Below are positions 54,232 to 64,000 of a stretch of 64,000 nt of DNA, one piece after another. The DNA lies in the NCBI GenBank assembly GCA_021613535.1, contig CP075496.1, positions 3,286,001 to 3,350,000 of the forward strand. The letters run 5' to 3'. How positions within the stretch are numbered: the first letter of the stretch is position 1; the number at the start of each line of letters is the position of its first letter. The translations under genes were made by a program, and so were the position numbers. The notes beneath the pieces are model-generated. The model did no database searches. It worked only from the letters and a program-made list of their open reading frames with translations, and was not told the origin of the DNA. This DNA is from Adineta vaga (lineage: Eukaryota; Animalia; Rotifera).

Positions 54232-57200
54232 ATGATGGCTTATAGTTCATCGGAATCTGATGATGATGTAAATGTTTTGTTAAACAAAAAAGTATCACTC
54301 AATAGTGTGGTGAAAGTTAGTTGATTCCCTGCTATTTTGAAATATTTATTTTTATTATTTTGTTTTTATTCAGAAATCGAAGAAAAATATCAAATCAAAG
54401 GTTGAAAAACAAATAAAAAATTCAACTACAAAACGTTTTTTGAAAAAGAAAACATCAAAAAATAATCTACAAGTAATGCTAATAATCCAAAGAGTTCACA
54501 TAAATAAAAGCTTTGTTTCCATAGAAATCGTCTACACAAAATGAAGGAAAAACAAAAAATGGTCTTGATGGAAACTATTGGACGGTAAGTTCATAAATTC
54601 GACTTAGCGAAACTAAATATCGAAAAAAAGAATATGTTTTATCTATACAATCAAAAATGGTTTGAATAATATCGACTCGAATAATGTTTTTTTTTAGGAT
54701 ATATCATCCACTCGTCATGTTAATGGTACTGTAACTAATTATCGCAAGTTAACCGGTGAAGAATCTTCATCAACATCGTCGTCAACAACTGTAGCTTCTT
54801 CATCAGATGATGATTCTAAAAGTACTGAATCGAAATCTTCATCATCATCATCATCATCATCATCAGATGATAGTATTCTCTATGAATATGAATCATTTGT
54901 TACATGTCGAAGTCCATCTGATACATTTTATCTGTGTAAACTTTTGAAGAATGTATACAGTTATACGAAAAAAATTCCAATCCGTTGGTGTTCAATCGTC
55001 GGTGAAGATGGTGATGATACAAAAGTTAGTATTAAAACACAATTTAAATTAACTTATACAGATACTCTTGATCCCGCAACGATCCTAACTAGCATACCAT
55101 CTGTTATTCAACATGAAAATGGTACAATTTCATTGAAAAAACAAGATATTGTTGACAGTAATCGTTTATTACTAAAATCTATTCGTGGCGAATCACTTTC
55201 ATCCGATGATATGATGGATTTATCAACAGAGACTCCAAAGAAAATGAACAAAAATGGAAGACATATTCATTTTTCATCAAGTAATGAAGAAAGTAGTTCA
55301 TCATCTTCGGATGCATCAGCAGCAGAACTTCCAAAAACTAGAAAACGAAAAATTGTTTCAAAAAATAGAATACCTCGTAAACAGCCACCAAAGAAACGAG
55401 TACGAAAAGCATCAGATACATCCGATGGAACAACATGTAAGTATATTCATTCTTGAATATTTACAATCATAGAAATTCTTATGGTTCAATAGCAAAACGA
55501 AAACCACGACGAAAGAAAGCTGTGTCCGATGATGATGAAAATGATACAGATATACCAAAAAAGAAGAAAAGTATAAATTTTATTAGAAAGATAATTGATT
55601 GAGTTACGAATTTTTATTCATTTAGCAACAAAACCAGTACGAGTAGCAAAAACACAATTATACAAAGTTTACAGTAATCGTTCGCTTAAAGAAAATCTTG
55701 CTGTTACAGTTTATCACAAAGAACCATTTTTCGAAGACAAGTAAGTTCCAATAAATTTCTATTTTCATCAATCCAATTAATATGAATTACTTTTATTTTT
55801 AGTTTACCTGTTCCATTTATATCATCATATGTTCAAAGTAAATTAGCAATTCGTGCTGTTTATTTAAATGATTCAAAATTATTGAAAAGTCTTATCAATG
55901 ATGTCGATCATGTTTGTTCCGTAAGAAAGAAAGAAATCGAATTCATAATTTTGAAATATATATTTTTTTTAGTTATCTGTTTCTCGAAGTATTTTTACTG
56001 ATCTAACAGCAATTCATTATGCAATTCAAAATAATTATATTGAATTAGTCAAAATCTTATATGACGATAGCAAATCACCAAAGAAAAATCGATGCCCATT
56101 TCCAACTATTTCAATGACAACACCAAACACAGGAAGGTAATTGTAACTGCTTTCAAAGATATGATCTTTTTTTCAATAATAAAATTCATGATATTTGTTC
56201 AGAACGAATATTCGTACGTTTGGTTTTCGTACAGCTCAATTAATGGCAAGTCGCGGAGCTAAAGAAGGCAATACTGCATTCAATCGAGTAACTATTTCGA
56301 ATTGAATTGATCTTTTATCTTCTTTTTCTTCCGTAGGATTCAATGTCACCAGGAATATCGATTTCTGATGCTAATAAAATCGTTTCTTTCGCTATTGAGA
56401 AAAATTGTTCTCGCGAAATGTATGATTATCTTGTTAAAATATTCAAAGATTCCGTAAGATTTCGAATTCATTTTCATTTCATATCTTTGCTTCTTTTTTT
56501 TAGTTAAATACAAATCGTATTCATGAAAATATTTATAAAATCGTTGCTGCTGGTCATCGTCAATTAGCTGCAAGTATTATCGGTGATGTCAAAGATAATG
56601 CATTTCTGGGTTTTAATGCTCTTCATCATCAAGTTTGTTTTCCGCATGATAAAAAGTTCAAGAAATCGAACTTGAATTGCTTTGTTTTCAAAGGTTTTGC
56701 TTTATGACAATGAAGATATCACTATCAATCGTACAGCAAGTGTTGTTAAGAAAACTCGAGATAATGCACTTGTGAGTTGTTTTTTAAAAATTCGATTGTT
56801 TATGAAGGTAACTATTGGATTTTGATAGATTACACCGATACATTGTGCAGCAATTAATCCAAATAGTAAATATTTAAAACAATTATTGAATACAATGCCA
56901 GAGTATAATATTCTTGATAAATATGATCGAAGACCAATACATTATGCTGCAGCATGTGAAGGTCCCGAACCACTGGAATATCTTTTATCTAAGTAAATAA
57001 AAATGAAAATTTCCATTTTTATACTTGTGTTCTTTTTCATAGACATATTAATTTTAATGATGTTGATCGTGCTGGAAATTCACCATTACATATCGCTGCT
57101 ATGCATGGTCGTGATAAAAATGTTGAAGTTTTACTCCGTTTTGCAAAAGATAAAGCTGCATCGAATGAAGAGGAAGATCAAGTCATTCAAGAAAAATTTG

Positions 57201-60200
57201 GTTTAGCATGTGTCAATCGTATGAATAAATCCCGATTCTATCCATTACATTTAGCAGTTCTTAATAATCACGCAGTACGTAAATCTCTCTTTCATACATT
57301 AAATAAACGTAAAAAATTTTCTTTCTTTTAGAATTGTGTCAAAATTCTTATGGACTATGACGCTCCTATTGATGTTGTTAGTACTGCCGCACAAAAAATT
57401 ACACCATTAATGATTGCTTGTCAAAAGGGTTATTTAGAAATTGTTCAGTATTTGATTAGTAAAGGTGCAAAAGTCGAAGGACGTGATCGTTTTCAACGCA
57501 CACCACTTATTCATGCATGTATGTGTGGTAATGCACATATTGTTTCTTATTTACTTCGTATGGGTGCAAATGCCAATGTTTTCGATTCATCAATGAATAC
57601 AGCTTTACATTATGCTATTGCATATGGATGGTACTTTTGTGTGAAAGTTTTAATTGAAGCCGGAGCAAATATAAATTGTGTCAATTCATGGCAAACAACG
57701 TGTTTAGCAGCTGGATTTTTAAAAGGACATTTTGGTCTTTGTGATTATCTACTAACGGATCATCATGCTGATATTAATTTTAAAACTGATGATGGATTAA
57801 CTTTAGTTATGTTAACCGTTAGTCAAGAGATATCATCATCTCTTGTTGAACAATTGGAATATGTCGTAGTCAAACATAAAGCTGATTGTACAACTATTGA
57901 CGCAAATGGTAGTAATGCAGTTAGTAGATTCTATTGATTGTTTTTCTCTTGAACAAACGTTTGCAATTTTCTTGTTTTAGTTTCATTATTTAGCTTCCAA
58001 TTTATCCGATCAAGATAGCAAATATATAGTAAGTAAAAGGAAATATATATGATTTCTGTATGTGATTATTTTTCCTAGGATGAAAATGCCAAAAAACTTC
58101 TTCGTGAGAATTTTTTCAAAATGGCTCAAATTCTTCTTGATCATAACTGTGAACCGGATCGATTAAATGGAAAATTACAATCTCCTTTAATGATTGCACT
58201 TGAAACAGGCAATTTTCTTCTCGTAAATTATCTAATTGATAAAGCAAAAGCAGCCATTACTTCGGATATCAGCTATAATGGTAAAACTCTTTTACATTAT
58301 TTCGCAGAAAAATGTGAAAAATTCGATCTTATGCAATTACTATTAAAATTGGTTAGTTGACTATTTTTGTAAAGATTTTTTTCATTTAATTATTTCATTG
58401 TAGCCGGTTACTGATGAAATGAAAAAAATGGGTCAAGTTTATGATAATAATGGTCGAACACCATTACATTATTGTGTTTCCATATTCGATAAATTTTGTC
58501 AGAAATTTAAAGTAAGTTAAATAAGAAAAGAATTCAATGAAGCAAATTATAATACTATTCTAGTCTGCAAAGAGCAATGAAAAATTAGAGAAACGATATC
58601 AATCAATTGTTCGAATGATTGAATATTGTTTACAATCAGCTGAATGTGATCCTGATGCTGAAATTAAATCTGTAGATCAAATTCAAACAGCAGATTTAGA
58701 GTTTATTATCGATGATGATGATGATGATAGTAATAATGTTCAGATGACTGAAGAAGAAGAAGAAGAAGAAGAAGAGGAGGAAGAAGAAGAAAATAGTGAT
58801 GAAAATGATAATGCCGAAGTAGAAAAAGAAGAAGAAGAAAAGAAGAAATGTGCAGATAATGATTCATCAAATCTACAATTAAAAGAAACAAGTATTTTTT
58901 CATTACTTCGTACTGTTTCATTTATCGATCCCATCATAACACATCCTTTGGAAATATTTTTGAAGAGAACCAGAAATGTCAATATTCTTCATCATAAAAC
59001 TCATCGTACACCATTGCTCGAAGCAATTCATCTTCGTCAGAATCAAACTGCACAAATGTTAATTAAAAATTCATCCTGTGATATTAATCTCTCTACATCG
59101 AATCTTCCTCATGAACGTCAACAAACACCATTAATCGTCGCATGTCATTTACATATACCATTGATTATTCGATGTTTATTAGAACACAAAAAATGTCAAA
59201 TTTTATCTGTTGATTATAATAATAATCAAGCATTTCATTATTATCTACGAACATCAAATCGTGTCAATGATTATATTGATATATTGAATTTATTTATCAA
59301 ACGATTAACAGAAACAACAAAAAATCCACTAAATATATTAGGAAAACATCAACGTACACCAATGCATATTGCTGTTTATCATAATTTAGGTACAATTGAT
59401 TCAATAATCAATATTGAGAAGATATTAATGGAAAATGGAAGTGATTTAATGATGCAAGATGATCTCGGAAATATTCCATTACATAATGTTTTCTTAAATA
59501 AAAACGTCGGTGATGATCCTGTTGAATTATGTGTTTTAATTCTCAAAGCTATGAAATCAAAAGGGATCGATACGAAAAATAATGAAGGAAATACACCATT
59601 ACATTTAGCTGTTGTAAGTTATAAAATACAAACAATTTATATTCTTATAGATTTCTTTTCTTACATAGATGAAATGTTCAACAGTATGTGTGATGCTTTT
59701 ACAACAACATCATGCTAGTTTATTAGTTAAAAACAATTTGACAAATTCAATTATTGGTACTTGTATTGCATCTGGACATCTCAATTTATTTATTACATTT
59801 CTTCAACAATCGATTGATCTCGATTTAGGTACAGTTCATTATCTTCCTGTAGAAAAAGCGAAAGAAGGAGATAATGACGAAGAAAATATGCCGTCGTCAG
59901 TCTTTGCTACACGAGTAACAACTCGACAACAAACAGGAACAAAGAAAACGAAAAAAAATTCGTCGAAAAAATCTCTTTGGAAATGGAAATATAGTGAAGC
60001 TGAAAATCAACAAGAATATCAATCAAATTCCTTAATGTATTTAATTATTCAACGTGATTGGCAAGGTGCATTATCATTAATCTTAAATGATGTAGCACGT
60101 TTTCATTTAACCTATATACAAATTCTTGAAACAGCCATATTAAATCAAAAACTTAATCTCGTTCTTCATCTTTTATTACGTTTAAAAGATGAAATACATT

Positions 60201-63200
60201 TATCTGAATTAAATTCTTTCAAACAAAATCTTTTTCATTTAATTGCAAATACAAATGAATCCAATGAATATCTTTTGAAACAAATTCTTGCTGTTTTAAT
60301 TGAATTGAAATTTAATTGGAATACACCTGATATTTATGGTTCATATCCATTACATTATGCATGTGTTAAACAAAATTTTGTCTTTCTCAATTGTTTACGT
60401 GAACATTATTCACATGCTTTGAATCTTGAACAAACAGATGGATTTGGAAATACAGCAAGTGGATTATTGTTTTGGTCATTAGGACAAACAACAAAATTTT
60501 CAAAAGATCAACTTCGAACACTGATTAAATCGGGAAAACAAGTAGATTGTTTATGTAATTATGATAATGAAATAGCAAGAAATCCCTTATCATTTGGATA
60601 TAATTATTCGAAAACGGATAGTTTAGTTTATCCATCAAAGAAAACGATTCAAATACGAACATCGCCATTAATTCATGCGATTGTATATAATAATCATGAA
60701 TTAGTTAAATTTTTATTGGACTTAAATGCTAATGTTAATCTTACAGATGAGAATAAACAAACACCATTGATGTATGCTATACAACAGGTTAGTGAAATCG
60801 AAATTTTTTGAAAGTTAGAAAAAGTTTTATTTGAATTTTTGTTTAGAATAATATTGATTTAGTTAAACTTCTTTTAAATAAAGATTATGCTCTTGAAGAC
60901 AAGGAAACATCTGAACCACAACAACATTATCCTCGAAAACGTGCTGTTCCCCGAAAACGTGCTGTTCCTCGAGCTCGAGCACCAAAATTCTTTCTTGGTG
61001 CAACAAGACACAATGCTACAACAAATGAATCACCAAATAAAAAGAAATCGAGTGAATTTCAACTAACATCAGCAATTGATTTAAATACTCTCGATAATCA
61101 AGGTCGCACGTGTATTCACCATCTAATTCAACCATTTAATCATGCGACATATCGAAATAATCTAGAAATTCTTCGTCTACTTCATTCATGTGGTGCATCA
61201 TTAACAATAAAAGATTATTCAGGTTTAACACCATTGCAATACAGTACAGAAAACCATTATCAACATTTATACGAAGAATTATCGGAATTAATTCATAACA
61301 AACCAATTTCAATCAAATCATCAATTGAATCATTCATTGTTCATGATCCAAATAAGAATCTCTTAATTAAACCAGATTTCTATCACGATGCACAAAAACT
61401 AATCGATGATTATATATCCAAACATCCAGCTAGTAAATACAATCCTGCTTATAAAGTCGACAAAGCATCTGGTATGAGTTTAATTGGTGAAGTTGTCATT
61501 GATTCGGATAAGAATGAACCATACGATGTTCGTTTAACAAAAACTGAAATTAATTATGGTCGATTTGGTTTATATAATTTCTATCATATGCAAATAATAA
61601 AACATAAAAGTAAATCTAATTTATATTTCTTATTTACACATTGGGGACGAATTGGTGATCAAGAAGGTCAACATCAATTAACACCATATCCAACATTAGA
61701 TGAATGTCGAAAAGAATTTCTCAAAGTTTTTCGTGAAAAAACTGCCAATGCATGGAAAGATACAGATCAATTTGTAGTTAAATCAAAGAAATATACATTA
61801 ATTCAATTGCATGATCGAGAAATTCAGAAACATTCCAATGTACAAATTGATTTTGATCGTTTACAAGCTGACAATGAACATCCACCAACGAAACTTCATT
61901 CATCTGTTTATCAAATTTTAATGCGATCTTTAATTAATCGTCAAGCAATTCGAAATAATATTCATAAAAGTCAATTGGATGTTGAATGGATGCCTGTGTC
62001 ACAATTAAAACATGAAACATTAGAAAAAGCAAGGAATTTATTAATCAAAATTGAAGAAGCTCTTGATCAACAAGAAAAACTTAATGAAAATAATTCACGA
62101 ACGAAAACCGCTGAAGAAAAACAAGAATTACAAACCATTCTTGAATCTCTTTATCAATATACAAATGAATATTATACATTAATACCATTGAATGGTTATT
62201 CCGATGAAAAATTACCAATCTTAACTAATAAAGATGAATTAAAAAGGCAGAACAAAATTCTCGATGATTTATCTGATCTTGAATTATCCTATAAAATCTT
62301 ATTGGGTGCACAAGCGAATTTAAAATATAGTTCACCATTGGATTATCTCTATAAATCGATAAATTGTCAATTCGAAGCGATGAATCAAAATGATATGGAA
62401 TCACAAATGATTTTACGATATATTTGGGCGAGTGCAGCACAAATTGACGTTGAACAAGTTTTTAAAATTGCACGACCTAAAGAAGATGAACGATTGAGAA
62501 AACGTAATTTACATAATCATTATTTATTATGGCATGGAACAAATATTTGCAATTTAATCAGTATACTTTCGCGAGGTAATTTATCTTGATTTGCATTTGA
62601 TATGATGAATACTGTGTGTTTATGTAGGTCTTCTTGTTGGACCATTAGTTGCATCAGCAACTGGAAGTTTATTTGGAACGGTATGACAACATCTTCTATA
62701 GATTTCATTTCTTAAATATATATCTTTTAGGGAATTTATACTGCTGATGTATTTGCAAAAAGTCTTGGTTATTGTTCTGGCGTTAAAGATAATGATCAAG
62801 AGCGTTGTTTTATGCTATTATGTGAAGTTGCTCTTGGTAATATGAAAGAAGTTGGTATACAAAAAATTCAAAATGATGATGATGAAGATGAAGAGGAAGA
62901 GGAAGAGGAAGAAGAAGATAGTGATGATGCAACACTAGATTTAGAGAAATTCCAAAGTCGAAAAGGTGTCGGTCGAAATATGCCCAATCCAAAACATACA
63001 ATTGTTCGCGATGATGGTTTGTTTCTGATTCTTTTCTTGATGAATAATATTCTTTTTTTTCTAATCTTAGGTGTACAAATTCCACTTGGTCAATTAATTG
63101 AAAATAAACAATCGAAAGCAGGCTATTATGGTCTTAATTACAATGAATATATTGTTTATGATGAAGCTCAAGTTGCTCTTCGTTATCTTGTTCAATTTCG

Positions 63201-63207
63201 TCGTTAG
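54232..63207 (+). CDS. Large ankyrin-repeat PARP with WGR, PARP regulatory and catalytic domains (PME-5-like architecture)
   Basis: Many ankyrin repeats (TPLMIAC, TALHYA, TPLHLAV), WGR domain (NFYHMQI...LFTHWGRIG), regulatory domain (NEYYTLIP...SPLDYLYKSINC), catalytic LLWHGT, FG|GIYTAD..KSLGYC, LCEVALG, YNEYIVY. Confidence 0.92.
60931..60972 (+). repeat. 18-bp tandem repeat encoding PRKRAV-PRKRAV-PR
   Basis: cctcgaaaacgtgctgtt ccccgaaaacgtgctgtt cctcga. Confidence 0.85.
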
Positions 63208-63288
63208 ATTCTCATCAAATTTTAATCAAGAACTATCTTTAATTGTCGTTTTAGTCATAATACAAATAAATTCTATAGAAACTTAAAT

Positions 63289-63826
63289 TTAATCTTTGAG
63301 ATCATCAAATAATGAATCAAAAGTACTATCATCAAAATCGAATTTAGGCATTATTTCACACGTTGTTGTTTTCGTATTGGTTTGTTGAAGTTGACCTGCA
63401 GATGTAATTAAACTTTGCCAATTATAAGTTTGTTTCGTAGAAGATAAATCAGGGAGATTATTTTCATTTTGATTAATTGAAAGTGGAGTTGTCTCTTCAT
63501 CATCAGATTGTTTTTCATCCCAAGTCGACCAAGAGATAGATGGTGATTGTTTTATAGGTGAAGATTTACTAAAAAATGAATGATTTCCTTTTCGAACTTG
63601 AAGACTCAATGAAAGACTTACATTTCTGGTGGAGGTCGAGAATTATTCAATAAACGAGATATGAGAGTATCATTTAATAATCCTGGTTGAGACTGTGGCG
63701 TTGGAATAGGTATTGATTGTGGTTGTAACTGCTCGCATGGTATAGGCTCACGTTTTTGAAATGTTGGTGGAATAAAATGTGAAGATTTTGATATTTTCAT
63801 AATAGGATTTGAATCATTTTCATTCG

Positions 63827-63859
<33 letters not shown>

Positions 63860-64000
63860 GAGTACATCGTTTCATTGCTGTTGTCATTCCTGCATAACCC
63901 CACTGATTTGGATTATGTCGTTCCATTGAAGGCATTGGTGGTGGCGGTGGTTCAGCTTTAGGTACTAAACGTGGTGGAACAAATGCCTTAATCAATTAAT
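63289..64000 (-). CDS. 3' end of an unidentified gene (disordered Pro/Asp-rich C-terminus; intron 63569-63621)
   Basis: ORFs 63618-63995 and 63289-63609 join in frame via GTAAGT...TTTTTAG. Ends FDSLFDDLKD*. Confidence 0.7.

Noticed and set aside
1-64000. tRNA, rRNA, spliceosomal snRNA, SL RNA gene, CRISPR or intact mobile element
   Set aside because: None recognised by eye; a covariance-model search would be needed to exclude them.

Overview
AT-rich eukaryotic (animal) genomic DNA with many tiny (~50-65 bp) GT-AG introns. Gene content and style most resemble a bdelloid rotifer; this is inference. Genes in order: 5' end of ETFB (-), BRX1/BRIX1 (-), a single-LIM CSRP-like gene missed by the ORF track (-), cathepsin B (+), an orphan class-A GPCR (+), a CDON/BOC/Ihog-family Hedgehog co-receptor (-) followed by ~10 kb without recognisable coding sequence, a tight co-oriented run of prolidase, RPL7A, WDR48 and FANCJ/BRIP1 (+), an intronless GT47/exostosin-like glycosyltransferase (HGT candidate, +), a giant type-I membrane protein gene (+), Wnt4-like (-), an ankyrin-WGR-PARP (+), and the 3' end of an unknown gene (-). 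The most unusual element is the giant membrane protein. Its single ~8.9 kb exon encodes 27 strictly alternating A/B copies of a helical module I do not recognise, with a near-identical 521-bp internal duplication and three reading-frame lesions. Also notable are operon-like packing with splice acceptors directly before start codons (BRX1-ETFB, 118 bp apart), snoRNA-like structured islands upstream of BRX1, and a miR-1-like 17-mer in the non-coding block. Exon boundaries were derived by hand and may be off by a few bases.
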